Positions 28,613-38,464 of a stretch of DNA of 64,000 nucleotides are shown here, piece by piece. Source of the DNA: Bacteroidota bacterium (GTDB lineage: Bacteria > Bacteroidota > Ignavibacteria > UBA10030). Made by a program: the position numbers and the translations under genes. The notes beneath the pieces are model-generated. The model ran no database searches, was not told the DNA's origin, and saw nothing but the letters and a program-made list of their open reading frames with translations. The DNA lies in the NCBI GenBank assembly GCA_049522195.1, contig JBEKOB010000004.1:20809-84808 (forward strand), written 5' to 3'. How positions within the stretch are numbered: the stretch's first letter is position 1; each line of letters starts with the position of its first letter.

Positions 28613-28906
28613 TTACTTCACTGCATCTGAGACAAAGGGGAGAAGTGCGAGATGGCGCGCCCGCTTGATTGCGGTAACGAGCATCCGTTGATGCCTGGCG
28701 CATGTCCCCGTGATCCGTTTGGGAATGATCCGACCCTGCTCAGACACGAAGCGCTGAAGTTTCTTATCGGCCTTGTAATCGACAAAATCTTCCTTGTTGT
28801 CGCAGAAGCGGCAGGTGCGCTTTTTTCTGATCTGTCCAGATGATCCACGCTGTGATGAGCCGCGGCGATCGCCCTGACGGCTTGTGCTGTTCCTTGTGTA
28901 TGCCAT
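28613..28906 (-). CDS. rpsR: 30S ribosomal protein S18
   Basis: 97 aa. CRFC...DYK...L.RF....G.I.PRR.TG.CA.HQR pattern. Confidence 0.9.
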   Translation of the reverse strand: MAYTRNSTSRQGDRRGSSQRGSSGQIRKKRTCRFCDNKEDFVDYKADKKLQRFVSEQGRIIPKRITGTCARHQRMLVTAIKRARHLALLPFVSDAVK

Positions 28907-28969
28907 TGTTCAAATTCCTTTGGGATATTTCCTGAGTTCGATGAGTTAGTCGTGACCTGAGGTAAAACC

Positions 28970-29407
28970 TCAGGCCGATGGAGCTGCCGGGCTTGGAGCC
29001 GGTGCTGCTTCTGGTGCGGCAGCCTTGGGTGGTTCCTCTGGTTTGACCTCTGCTGCGGCCGGTTGTTCCGCTGCGAGAAGGGCGGCGGCGGAGCGGGCCT
29101 TGAGTGCCCGCTTGTCGAGCACGAGACTCAGATACCGGAGGATGTTCTCATCGAGGAAATAGTGCCGTTCGAGTTTTGCGATGACGTCACCGGGAGCGCC
29201 GAACTCAATGACGACATAGAACCCGTTGTTCTTCTTCCTGAGGGGGTAAGCAAAGCGCTTCCGTCCCCATTTCACGAACTCGCGAATTTCTCCGCCGTTC
29301 TTCGTGATAAGGTCCTTCACTTTCTCGATCACTGCATCAATTTGATGGTCATCGAGGGAAGCATTGACAATGAAGGTCGTTTCGTAGACCCGTTTGACAT
29401 CAGACAT
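28970..29407 (-). CDS. rpsF: 30S ribosomal protein S6 with Ala/Pro-rich C-terminal tail
   Basis: 145 aa. Core YETTFIV...WGRKRFAYP, followed by a ~45-aa A/P/E-rich extension. Confidence 0.9.
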   Translation of the reverse strand: MSDVKRVYETTFIVNASLDDHQIDAVIEKVKDLITKNGGEIREFVKWGRKRFAYPLRKKNNGFYVVIEFGAPGDVIAKLERHYFLDENILRYLSLVLDKRALKARSAAALLAAEQPAAAEVKPEEPPKAAAPEAAPAPSPAAPSA

Positions 29408-29478
29408 AGTGCTGGTTCCCTTTGGACTGGTATGAGATACGGCCCCGGCTGTTTGAGCTGCTCAAGCCGGAACAGGGT

Positions 29479-30084
29479 TTATGGATGGTTTGAAAGATCT
29501 TCTTCAGACTGCTGTTTCTTATTGAATTCGTTCATGGATTTTGCCATTCCCTCCGTGACAGCGAGAAGGCAGGCGTATTGCGCTTTCGCGATCATCGTGT
29601 CCACCTCAGGACGTTCCGCTTTGGAGAACTGCTCAAGAACGAAATCCGCGAGAAGGTTTTTCTCTTTCGGCATTGCCGGTGATGCAATCCCGCACCGGAG
29701 CCTTGGAAACTCGTCCGACTGCAGGTGATAGATAATGGAGTAGAGTCCATTGTGCCCGCCGTCGCTTCCACCCAGGCGGAGCCTGAGCTGCCCTAAGGGG
29801 AGTTGGAAATCGTCGCAGACGACAAGGAACTGGTCAGCCGTTGCTCCGAATTCCTCCTTGATCTCCATCACCGCCAGACCGCTTTGGTTCATGTACGTCA
29901 GCGGTTTCACGATCACGAGTGGCGTTTCCCCGACGTGAGCATGAGCGATCAGGTATTCACCACGACCTTCTTTGAAGGGGCATCGCAGATGCAGGGCCAG
30001 ATGATCGGCAACTTCGGAACCAATGTTATGTCTCGTTCCGGAATACCTGCTTTCAGGATTACCAAGTCCGATGACAAAGAACAT
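29479..30084 (-). CDS. pth: peptidyl-tRNA hydrolase
   Basis: 201 aa. Carries GLGNPESRYSGTRHNIG and GGHNGL. Confidence 0.9.
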   Translation of the reverse strand: MFFVIGLGNPESRYSGTRHNIGSEVADHLALHLRCPFKEGRGEYLIAHAHVGETPLVIVKPLTYMNQSGLAVMEIKEEFGATADQFLVVCDDFQLPLGQLRLRLGGSDGGHNGLYSIIYHLQSDEFPRLRCGIASPAMPKEKNLLADFVLEQFSKAERPEVDTMIAKAQYACLLAVTEGMAKSMNEFNKKQQSEEDLSNHP

Positions 30085-30107
30085 AGGTCAGCGACCCCGG
30101 AACAAAA

Positions 30108-30872
30108 CTACTTCTTCGCTTTCTCTGCCGCAGGGGCTTTGCCGCCGGCCGCAGGCGCTTTCCCGGTGGGTGCTTTTCCGGCAGGTGCTTTTCCTGCAGG
30201 TGCTTCGCTGCCGCCTTCCTCTTCGCCTTCTTCTGGTTTCTTGCCCTTCGCAATCACCTCGGGCTCGCCCGGTGCCGCTTCAGCTTCAGCTACTACTGCG
30301 CCTGGAACTGCCTCAGCTTCCTTCAGAACCGTCGGCGGAACAACTGCGACGACCGTGCTGCTCTCGTTCTCCAGCACCTTCACGTTCGGAAGGGACAAAT
30401 CGCGCACGTGAATCGATTTGTTGATCTCAAGCGTCTCGACATTGAGCTCAATTCGATCCGGAATGTTCTTCGGCAAACATGAAACGCGCAGACGGTGCAG
30501 GATATGTTGAAGGATGCCGCCATCGCGTACACCCTGCGGGATCCCCTGGATCGTCACAGGTACCTCGATCGTAAGCTCTTCGTTCTCGTTCAAACCGAAC
30601 AGGTCGAAATGAACCGGACGATCTGTCACAGGGTCGAACTGGACGTCGCGAAGAATACATGTGTGCTTCGAACCGTCGTCGAGTGTGAGGTTGATGACGT
30701 TGGCCGCCGAAGACTTGTACAGGGGCTGCAAAGTCAATTCCACCATGGCAATGGGGATATTGTTTTGTCCGTGGCCGTAGTAAATCCCCGGAACCTTGCC
30801 CTGCCTGAGTAACTGTTTGGCTTTTTTCCCGATGTCCTTGCGAACTTCGGCGGTGACTGCTATTTCTGACAT
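30108..30872 (-). CDS. rplY: 50S ribosomal protein L25 / general stress protein Ctc, with Lys/Ala/Pro repeat tail
   Basis: 254 aa. The Ctc-type two-domain L25 (GKVPGIYYG, DVQFDPV) is followed by a low-complexity tail ending APAGKAPAGKAPTGKAPAAGGKAPAAEKAKK. Confidence 0.85.
   Translation of the reverse strand: MSEIAVTAEVRKDIGKKAKQLLRQGKVPGIYYGHGQNNIPIAMVELTLQPLYKSSAANVINLTLDDGSKHTCILRDVQFDPVTDRPVHFDLFGLNENEELTIEVPVTIQGIPQGVRDGGILQHILHRLRVSCLPKNIPDRIELNVETLEINKSIHVRDLSLPNVKVLENESSTVVAVVPPTVLKEAEAVPGAVVAEAEAAPGEPEVIAKGKKPEEGEEEGGSEAPAGKAPAGKAPTGKAPAAGGKAPAAEKAKK
30135..30215. repeat. 15-bp in-frame tandem repeat inside rplY 3' end
   Basis: Plus-strand units cgctttcccggtggg, tgcttttccggcagg and tgcttttcctgcagg (plus degenerate flanks) encode the (KAPxG)n tail. 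Confidence 0.6.
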
Positions 30873-30898
30873 TGTACCTTCTCCTCAGTTATGCTAAA

Positions 30899-31843
30899 CT
30901 AAATCTTATCCTTGTCGACGTCAAAGAGCGAGCTGATTGATTGGTTATTGTGTGTACGAATAATTGCCTCTGCAAAAATCTTTGCAACGGACCGCAGTTC
31001 GATTTTTGGCGACTCCTCCCGCAGCGGGACACTGTCCGTGACCATCACCGTGGTTACTTCTGAATTGTTGATTCGCTCCATCGCCTTGCCTGACAGAATC
31101 GGGTGTGTGCACGCGCCGTAGATTTCCCGCGCTCCCTTTTCCCGCAACGCCTTGACCGCATTGACGAATGTTCCTGCTGTGTCGATCAGGTCGTCGACGA
31201 TCAGCACATTCTTTCCGTTGGTGTTGCCGATGACGTTCAACACTTCAACTTCATTTGCCTTCGGGCGTCTCTTGTCGATCAATACGAGGTCCGCATCAAG
31301 CCGGCGTGCATATGAGCGGGCCATTTTCAGACTGCCGACATCAGGCGATACAACAGCCAGATTCGGGATCTTCTTCTTTCGGAAGTAGTCTGAGAAGACC
31401 GCTGATGCATACAAGTGATCGAGCGGGATATCAAAGAACCCTTGAATCTGAGCTGCGTGCAAATCCATCGTGATGACACGATCAGCACCTGCTTCCGTGA
31501 TCAGGTTGGCTACAAGCTTGGCCGTCACCGAAACACGGGGTTGATCTTTTCTGTCCTGACGCGCATAGCCGAAGTACGGTATGACCGCCGTAATTCGTCG
31601 GGCTGATGCACGGCGGGCCGCATCGATCAGAATCAATAACTCCAGCAGGTTCTCCGCAGGAGGCTGAGTCGACTGAACGATGAAGACGTCGTCGCCTCTG
31701 ATGTTGTCAGTATATTTTACCCAAATCTCACCGTCACTGAAATTCCTCAACTCGATCCGACCCAACGGGATGCCTGCCGCCTTCGCAATTTTCTCTGCCA
31801 GTTGACGGTTCGCTCTGCCTGAGAAAATCTTGAGATCGCTCAT
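30899..31843 (-). CDS. prs: ribose-phosphate pyrophosphokinase
   Basis: ATG at 31843 (MSDLKIFSG). Carries YFGYARQDRK, DLHA.QIQGFF and the VDDLIDTAGT PRPP motif. Confidence 0.9.
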   Translation of the reverse strand: MSDLKIFSGRANRQLAEKIAKAAGIPLGRIELRNFSDGEIWVKYTDNIRGDDVFIVQSTQPPAENLLELLILIDAARRASARRITAVIPYFGYARQDRKDQPRVSVTAKLVANLITEAGADRVITMDLHAAQIQGFFDIPLDHLYASAVFSDYFRKKKIPNLAVVSPDVGSLKMARSYARRLDADLVLIDKRRPKANEVEVLNVIGNTNGKNVLIVDDLIDTAGTFVNAVKALREKGAREIYGACTHPILSGKAMERINNSEVTTVMVTDSVPLREESPKIELRSVAKIFAEAIIRTHNNQSISSLFDVDKDKI

Positions 31844-31903
31844 AATCGAACCTAATGATGACGTTTTGACATGTTGAAGCAGACCTGTCACCAGATCTAC
31901 GCT

Positions 31904-31964
31904 GCTGGGGTGCCAGGATTCTTCGCTGAAAGCGGATGCGCCTTCGGCGCAGAACCTGGGAATG
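31904..31964 (-). pseudogene. duplicated 3' fragment of tRNA-Gln (T-arm + acceptor 3' strand) interrupted by a 30-nt insert in the T-loop
   Basis: 31904-31921 and 31952-31964 are identical to 32051-32068 and 32069-32081 of the intact tRNA-Gln locus. The 30 nt between them (31922-31951) carry two hairpins. No matching 5' half lies upstream. Confidence 0.6.
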
Positions 31965-32051
31965 TCCTCTCAGCAAACTGTTCTTTGCACCTCGTTACAA
32001 TCTGTTCGAGGAAACACTTCTGCGATCGCTTGAAAGCGATCAAGAATCTCG

Positions 32052-32123
<72 letters not shown>

Positions 32124-32310
32124 ATCTGAAAAGGAACGAATCTTGGAGAATCTTCCCGCTGGTACTGAGAGTTGTCTAATCCTAACCTTGCCGGATATAC
32201 GCCGAGGAGGAAAAGAACGAATCCAAACAGGTGCCTTCAGCAAACCTCGGTCGTCTCATTCCGAACGCTGCCGGGAATGCAAGACAGCCTATGCTGGAAA
32301 GGCCCCGTTC

Positions 32311-32348
32311 ACAAAAAACAAAGCCCAACTCAGAAAAGAATTGGGCTT
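32311..32348 (-). terminator. rho-independent terminator after M14 peptidase gene
   Basis: On the minus strand: AAGCCCAA-loop-TTGGGCTT followed by TGTTTTTTGT. Confidence 0.75.
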
Positions 32349-32416
32349 CTAAGATAGCCAAAAAGCGGCTAGTAGTCAACGAAATTCTCGAAATCGTGGG
32401 TGTTTTTGCCTCAGTT

Positions 32417-35029
32417 TCAATCAGGTTGCGGCAAGAACAGGATCGAGTTGAGCAAGAGCTTTTCCAGACCGGACCAGAATCGCCGGAACGTGACATTCTC
32501 GGCAAACAGGACTGCACGACCCCGACCAATGCGATAGTCCTGAATATATGCAGCCTCTGAGATCTTCTGTGCCTTTTCTTTCGTCACATAGCCGCTTGTC
32601 TGGACGGAGTCTTTAGAAAATCGTGCCACATTATGGCCGGATTCAGTCAGTTCGAGGGGGAGGGCATCGCTCTTGAACACGAAAATCTCCCGTGGTACAC
32701 CGAAACCGATCGGATGCGTTGTGTCAACGAGAACCCTAAATATCGTTCCTGGTATTCTGCCCAGGCGGTCAATTTCTTCCTTTTCGAAGAGAGTTTGTCG
32801 TTTGCTGAGTTCTTTTTTTGCTTTGTCGAGCTCTTTTTCCTCCTTAGACTTCTCATCCTCCTTCTTCTCCGCCTTGTTCGCTGCCTGTGTGATTCCCGAC
32901 TTTGCCTTCATCAGGAATTGCGCGCCCCCTTCAATACCAATCATGACGCCACCCCCTTGGATCCATCGCTTCAGTTTCTCGGTTCTTGCGCTGTCAAACA
33001 CCGCCTGATAACTGGATGCATCCGGTAGTATGATGACATCGAATTTTGAGAGATCCGCGTCTGCGAGTTCTGTTGCGCGGATTCCCGTGAATGGGATTCC
33101 CAGCTCCCGTTCGAAGAGGAACCAGAGTTCTCCGAAGTCGTTTGAGCTTACCGGCGGTCCGACGGCAATTGCAATATTTGCCTTCTTCATAGGTGTAATG
33201 AAGCTGGAACCAAGGCTGACGCCATTTTCTGTGAGCCCGGTCGATGCGGTGTATACATCAACTCCAAATTCTGCGGCGAGCCTCTCGATGTCGATTGCGA
33301 GGGAATCGTTGTTGGAGCCCGAGAAAGCAACGACGGTGCCTGCGACAAAATGTTGTCCGACTGTCTCGAAAGGACGTCGTGCGACAGAGAGAGAGTATCC
33401 GCGCTCGAGAAGCCGCCACACCAATTGGATGGCATTGTTTCGCTGCCACGGTATCAGGTACGCGTATGCCTGCTTGTCACCAATGATTCTTCCAACAGGC
33501 GGCGCGGGTGCCTGAATTCGAACACTCCCCGGCGGAAGGGGAGACTGGGTGGCCCACGCCTTCAGTCCTGACGCAATCGGAAGCGACCAGGCTGACACAT
33601 CATAGAAGAATGTGTCGCGCACTGCTGTAATGGGTTCGAGAAGAGTCTTCACAAGCCGTCCCTGGGGCTGTGATGTAGCAACGAAGTACGTTCCTTTTGG
33701 AATTCTCTCCTTTCCCCATTTAGTGGAAAAGAACTCCTGGACCTGAAGCGCCAATCCATCGGTCAGCTGGTGTACCTCGATTCCCTGGCGAAGGAGTGTT
33801 TCGATGACTTGATTTGAACGTGTCGGATCTTCAGCGTCGCTGATGAGGTATCCTTTGATGGGAGAGGAAGAACTGAGCGCTGTTAGCCAAAAGCTGTAGA
33901 AGTCTTCCAGTCTTTCCTTCTTGTTCTTCACGCTGGTTTCAAGCGTCGCGATGCTCGTCACAAAATGATTGCGTGCGCGGTCCCGGAGAGTAAGAATCTG
34001 GCCGTTTGGTTTTCGGACCGCCAGACTGGCGCGCGAGCCGCCCCCTTGCTCGTATGTCATCCCGGTCGCGCCGTTGAATGTCGGCCAGGAATCGCCATAG
34101 CCGGGATAGAACATGTCGAAGCGTTCTCCGACGTAATAAGGAAGACCGAGCTTATCGAACGCCTCAGCGTTTCCCTTGCCGAATATTTTTCCCCACTTGA
34201 GTACTTCCGGCGGCAATGATTCGTGGACTGGAACAGCTGCTGGAAAAAAGAAGTACGAGCCGGAATACTCCATTTCATGATAATCGACGTGAACATGAGG
34301 CATCCATGTCCGATAGAACCGGACGCGGGCTCGAGTCTCCTGTTGCGTTTGCCACGAAAGGTCACGGTTGAGGTCGAAGAAATAGTGATTCGTTCTGCCC
34401 CCAGGCCACGGCTCGCTGTGTTCAACGGAAGAAGGATTGAGATTCGGCTTTGCGCCGAGCATAGAGTTGACCCATTGAACGTACCGTTCCCGTCCGTCAG
34501 GATTGACGTTTGGATCGATAATGACGACTGCGTTTTCGAGAATCGATTGTGTGCGGCTGTCGGTCCCGGCGCACAGCTGATATGCTACCGCCATGGCGGC
34601 TTCAGGTGATGAGGCCTCGTTCCCATGCACGCCGTACGAGAGATAGACGATGACGGGAAGCGATGCGATGATCTTTTCTGCGTCGGCTTTTGACTGAAGA
34701 ATTCTCGGATCCGTCAGTTTCAAGTTCGCCTGCCTGATTTCCTCGATGCGTGCCAGATTGGCGGGAGAAGTTATGATGAAGGCCTGCAACATGCGATGCT
34801 CGTTTGTCTCGCCATATACGACACGGTGTATCCGATCCGAAGAGGCGGCAAGCTTTTCGAAGAAGGTATGAAGGGAAGCATAGTCCGTGAATCGGTCCCC
34901 GATGTGGTAGCCAAGCACAGCCTCGGGAGCGACCACCTTGGGATCGTACGTTCCACCAGGATAAAAGTCTGGAGTTTTCTGGGCGAACGCGTATGTGGTA
35001 ATGAAGAGAACAACGAGAATTCGTTTCAT
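32417..35029 (-). CDS. large secreted M14-family zinc carboxypeptidase with C-terminal GATase1/ThuA-like region
   Basis: ATG at 35029 with signal peptide MKRILVVLFITTYAFA. M14 motifs HGNEASSPE, the NPDGRE region and DYHEM. The C-terminal half has FDVIILPD...GGGVMIGIEGG and a Lys/Glu coiled segment. Confidence 0.75.
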   Translation of the reverse strand: MKRILVVLFITTYAFAQKTPDFYPGGTYDPKVVAPEAVLGYHIGDRFTDYASLHTFFEKLAASSDRIHRVVYGETNEHRMLQAFIITSPANLARIEEIRQANLKLTDPRILQSKADAEKIIASLPVIVYLSYGVHGNEASSPEAAMAVAYQLCAGTDSRTQSILENAVVIIDPNVNPDGRERYVQWVNSMLGAKPNLNPSSVEHSEPWPGGRTNHYFFDLNRDLSWQTQQETRARVRFYRTWMPHVHVDYHEMEYSGSYFFFPAAVPVHESLPPEVLKWGKIFGKGNAEAFDKLGLPYYVGERFDMFYPGYGDSWPTFNGATGMTYEQGGGSRASLAVRKPNGQILTLRDRARNHFVTSIATLETSVKNKKERLEDFYSFWLTALSSSSPIKGYLISDAEDPTRSNQVIETLLRQGIEVHQLTDGLALQVQEFFSTKWGKERIPKGTYFVATSQPQGRLVKTLLEPITAVRDTFFYDVSAWSLPIASGLKAWATQSPLPPGSVRIQAPAPPVGRIIGDKQAYAYLIPWQRNNAIQLVWRLLERGYSLSVARRPFETVGQHFVAGTVVAFSGSNNDSLAIDIERLAAEFGVDVYTASTGLTENGVSLGSSFITPMKKANIAIAVGPPVSSNDFGELWFLFERELGIPFTGIRATELADADLSKFDVIILPDASSYQAVFDSARTEKLKRWIQGGGVMIGIEGGAQFLMKAKSGITQAANKAEKKEDEKSKEEKELDKAKKELSKRQTLFEKEEIDRLGRIPGTIFRVLVDTTHPIGFGVPREIFVFKSDALPLELTESGHNVARFSKDSVQTSGYVTKEKAQKISEAAYIQDYRIGRGRAVLFAENVTFRRFWSGLEKLLLNSILFLPQPD

Positions 35030-35158
35030 GCCGGCTCCGGTCTCAAAATGTGTTTGCCAATGTACACCAAAAACGTGGAAAACCAAAGTTGGTCTTCTTG
35101 CATTTCGAGCTACAATTGGGTAAGTTCAAGCCACACAGTATATCTGAGGAGTTCATCT

Positions 35159-35764
35159 ATGGTGGAGGTCAGGGCTGATTCACTTGCTCGTTATGTTGCG
35201 CTGAGAAGTGATCACATTGTTGCACAATCGTTTTGGATCCTTTCGTTTGCCGTCTTCACAGCAATCGGAGCGCAAATCGAGATACCGCATTACCCGGTGC
35301 CCTATACGCTGCAAACATTCTTTGTTCTGCTTGCGGGGGGACTTCTGGGAAGGCGAAACGCATTCCTGAGCATGCTCCTCTATGTCGGATTTGGTGCTGC
35401 CGGATTGCCGGTGTTCTCCGGTGGTTCAGCCGGACTAGCGCGTCTGCTCGGCCCAACCGGCGGCTATCTCCTCAGTTTTCCTGTCGCCGCATACCTGGTC
35501 AGTTCGCTTCTCTCCGTTCGGCCCCGAGGAATGGAAGAAGTTGATGGGCGGATCAAACGATGGCTCGCCGTTTCCGGATGGGGAATAGGAGCTATGAGCA
35601 TCGGGTTGATTCTCATCTACTTGATGGGGACACTGCAGCTCAACGCTGTGTATTACCACAATTGGACTTCATCTTTCAATCTGGGCTTCCTGATTTTTTC
35701 GTGGTGGGATATTCTGAAGCTTATCGCCGCAGCGGGGATTTGGAAGGAACTCAGCCGCTCATAA
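35159..35764 (+). CDS. bioY: biotin transporter BioY
   Basis: 201 aa from the ATG at 35159, with a GAGGAG RBS. IPHYPVPYTLQTFFVLLAGGLLG...GPTGGYLLSFP is diagnostic for BioY. The longer ORF-track start overlaps the divergent peptidase gene. Confidence 0.85.
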   Translation: MVEVRADSLARYVALRSDHIVAQSFWILSFAVFTAIGAQIEIPHYPVPYTLQTFFVLLAGGLLGRRNAFLSMLLYVGFGAAGLPVFSGGSAGLARLLGPTGGYLLSFPVAAYLVSSLLSVRPRGMEEVDGRIKRWLAVSGWGIGAMSIGLILIYLMGTLQLNAVYYHNWTSSFNLGFLIFSWWDILKLIAAAGIWKELSRS

Positions 35765-35790
35765 TCGGCACGCCGAATTCAGAAAACGCA

Positions 35791-35826
35791 AAGCCGCTTC
35801 ATGCCGAAGCGGCTTTCTTGTTTCTG
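35791..35826 (+). terminator. rho-independent terminator after bioY
   Basis: AAGCCGCTTC-ATGCC-GAAGCGGCTT followed by TCTTGTTTCT. Confidence 0.75.
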
Positions 35827-35974
35827 ACATCGTTGCACCAAGTGTGCCGCCGGCCTCTAGTTCCTGCTGCTCACACAGCGCCCCCAGTTCCCCACCTCTT
35901 GCTTCTCTCTCCCGAACTTGGTACACTGGCACGGGATTCCCCCCGCGCCCGCCACTTCAAAGCAGAACAGGTGT

Positions 35975-38464
35975 ATGAAGAGGTTTGCCTTCCGCACCGT
36001 GCTATACTTGTTCCTCGACGCATTTTTGCTTGTTGCGTCTCTCGTTCACATCCCCGATGTCGTGCGACGCCCTTCCGCGCCATTTGAGATTGAAAAGAAG
36101 GGGACGTCGGTGGTTGTCAGCTCGATCCTGGATTCGGCTGCCTGCCCGGGTTTGAAGCCCGGAGACCTCTTGCTCATGTGGCAAGGGAAACAGGTTGCCA
36201 TACCAGAGATGGTTGAATACCTGGCAGATGTCGCACCGATTGGAGCTCGAATCGAGGTTGGTGTGAGGAGAGGGGAAGTCGTATTCCGGTCGAATATTCA
36301 TCTGATCGCATATTACAAACCATCCGAGTTCCTGATCCTCTCGCGGTTCCTGATCATTTCGTTATTTGTAGGATTAGCGGTCTTTGGTGTTGGTGTGTTT
36401 GTTTTTCTCAGCCGGCCGAACGACCTCGCTGCACGGGCACTCCATTGGGCACTGATTACGTTTGGGACGACCACGCTCATCACGTGGGGAGCTGTTGAAC
36501 CGGGATCGATCGAGACCTCGCTCGCAAGGATTATCTGGTTTGTTGTCTATCTGGGGGTCGCCGTTTCATTCTTCTTCTTTTCGCTCGTTTTTCCAAAACA
36601 ACGGTTCCAGCGCCTCGGCCAGTTCTCCTGGCTCCTTGTTGTCCTTGTTCTTCTCCTTGGTATTGCATTCGCTTCGTTCCATCTTACTGCGCTCTGGTCG
36701 GGTTCCGCGGAGGCCCTTACCGCATTTCAATCCTATTTCGATCTCTTCCACGTGGCATTGTTGATCCTCATCGGCGGCGGAATTCTCAACATCGCCCGGG
36801 CCACGTTGAAGGCCTCATCGAGTGAAGAACGGAAGAAGATGTACTGGATCCTATGGGGCTTGGCAATCGGTGCGCTGCCGTTTTTGCTCCTGCACATCCT
36901 CCCTCAGGTCATCTTGTCGCACTATGTCATACCTGAGGAGTTCACGACGATCTTCTTTCTCGCCGTTCCAGTCAGTTTTGCCATCGCTCTTCTCAAATAC
37001 CGCCTGTTTGACATCGAAGTCGTGATCAACAGGACGATCGTGTATGGTGTGCTGTCGACGATTATCGCGGCCGGGTACGGCCTGATTGTCCTCTTGATGA
37101 CGTCCATCATCGGCGACATTGTATTCGAACAGTATCTCCTGGTCGCGGGGTTGACACTCGTTCTTGGCGTGCTCATCAATCCTCTCAGACTACGGCTGCA
37201 GCATCTCATTGACGAAATACTGTTCGCGGCCAGGGCGAACTTCCGCCGCGCTCTTTCTCAAGCCACCGAAAAGCTACATCGTGCACTGAACCGCAACGAG
37301 TTATTCCGCGAACTTGTCGACGCCGTCCATCACGTTGTGCCGGGTGAAATGATAGCCGCGTACGAGGGGTTGGACAAGCGACTGATTCTCCGAAGCTTCT
37401 GGGGTTCCGCACCGCAGGAATCGGTTTCCCCTGACGAGGAACTCATGGCGGCACTTTTATCCGGGGAAACACTCATCTCGGCACGCGGAGCGGAAGACAA
37501 TCACGCGTTGATCAATCCTTTGAGAGAGAAGTGGCTTTCGGAGTTGCACTGGTCAGTTTGTGTGCCAGTCATCTCACAATCGAAGGAACTCCTTGGAACT
37601 CTGGTGCTAAATCCGCGGTCGGGAGAGCGTTATAAGGAAGAAGAGGTGGCGTTCTTTCGAAGTGTCGCAGCACAGGCGTCGGAGCTTCTGGAGCGACTCA
37701 TCCTTCAGGAAAAGATTATTCTCGCTCAGGAAGAACGACGCCGACTCGAAGAGCTAAGTGCCCTGAAGTCGTTTTTTGTTTCGAGTGTCTCTCACGAACT
37801 CAGGACGCCACTGACGTCAATAGTGATCTTTGCCGAGAGGCTTCGCTCCGGCGCGGTCAAATCGCGCCGACAACAGAAAGAATACCTCGAGATTATTGAA
37901 GGTGAGAGCAACCGGCTGTCAAGGTTAATTACAAACATACTTGATTTCGCGAAGATCGAACGGGGGATAAAAGAATACAACTTCTCTGAGATAAACGTAG
38001 CCGATGTCGTCAAACGGTCTGTTCAGGGGATTCGCTATCAGTTTCTTAGCCTTGATGCTGCACTGCGTGTTCGGGTCGAGAAGGGGCTGCCTCCCATTAT
38101 CGCAGATGCGGACGCGCTTGAAGAAGCCCTGTTAAATCTCCTCTCCAACGCTTTGAAATACTCTACAGCCGTCAAGAAAATTGAACTGAAGGTTTCACGA
38201 GCCCGGGGTGCGGTGATCATGGCCGTGTCGGACAAAGGCATCGGCATTCCGGAGGAGGAACTGCCTCACATTTTTGACCAGTTCTACAGGGTCAAGGATG
38301 AGAAAACACGGCAGGTGGGTGGAACCGGACTCGGTTTGGCGGTCGTCAAGCACATTGTTGAAGCGCATCACGGCACACTCTCGGTGAAAAGCGTCGTGAG
38401 GCAGGGGACCACGTTTACCCTTACACTTCCAATCCCGTCAAAAAACAGAAGGAAGAATCCATGA
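35975..38464 (+). CDS. sensor histidine kinase with N-terminal PDZ-like domain, polytopic membrane region and GAF-like domain
   Basis: ATG at 35975. An N-terminal TM helix is followed by a PDZ-like GLKPGDLLLMWQGKQV...RRGEVVF region. About 8 hydrophobic helices and a GAF-like region follow. The H-box is SHELRTPLTSI, and HATPase N/G boxes are present (LLSNALKYS, DKGIGIP, GGTGLGL). Confidence 0.8.
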   Translation: MKRFAFRTVLYLFLDAFLLVASLVHIPDVVRRPSAPFEIEKKGTSVVVSSILDSAACPGLKPGDLLLMWQGKQVAIPEMVEYLADVAPIGARIEVGVRRGEVVFRSNIHLIAYYKPSEFLILSRFLIISLFVGLAVFGVGVFVFLSRPNDLAARALHWALITFGTTTLITWGAVEPGSIETSLARIIWFVVYLGVAVSFFFFSLVFPKQRFQRLGQFSWLLVVLVLLLGIAFASFHLTALWSGSAEALTAFQSYFDLFHVALLILIGGGILNIARATLKASSSEERKKMYWILWGLAIGALPFLLLHILPQVILSHYVIPEEFTTIFFLAVPVSFAIALLKYRLFDIEVVINRTIVYGVLSTIIAAGYGLIVLLMTSIIGDIVFEQYLLVAGLTLVLGVLINPLRLRLQHLIDEILFAARANFRRALSQATEKLHRALNRNELFRELVDAVHHVVPGEMIAAYEGLDKRLILRSFWGSAPQESVSPDEELMAALLSGETLISARGAEDNHALINPLREKWLSELHWSVCVPVISQSKELLGTLVLNPRSGERYKEEEVAFFRSVAAQASELLERLILQEKIILAQEERRRLEELSALKSFFVSSVSHELRTPLTSIVIFAERLRSGAVKSRRQQKEYLEIIEGESNRLSRLITNILDFAKIERGIKEYNFSEINVADVVKRSVQGIRYQFLSLDAALRVRVEKGLPPIIADADALEEALLNLLSNALKYSTAVKKIELKVSRARGAVIMAVSDKGIGIPEEELPHIFDQFYRVKDEKTRQVGGTGLGLAVVKHIVEAHHGTLSVKSVVRQGTTFTLTLPIPSKNRRKNP

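Noticed and set aside
31892-32050. Possibility that the tRNA-like fragment plus hairpins is a tmRNA, SRP RNA, or an intron-containing or permuted tRNA.
   Set aside because: There is no tmRNA-type acceptor/tag region and no SRP domain IV motif. There is also no 5' acceptor strand, D-arm or anticodon arm that could complete a cloverleaf, even after removing the 30-nt insert.
34796-35158. N-terminal 121-aa extension of the bioY ORF as listed in the ORF track (34796..35764).
   Set aside because: The extension overlaps the 5' end of the divergent M14 peptidase gene and has no BioY homology. The ATG at 35159 has a GAGGAG RBS and gives a normal-length BioY.
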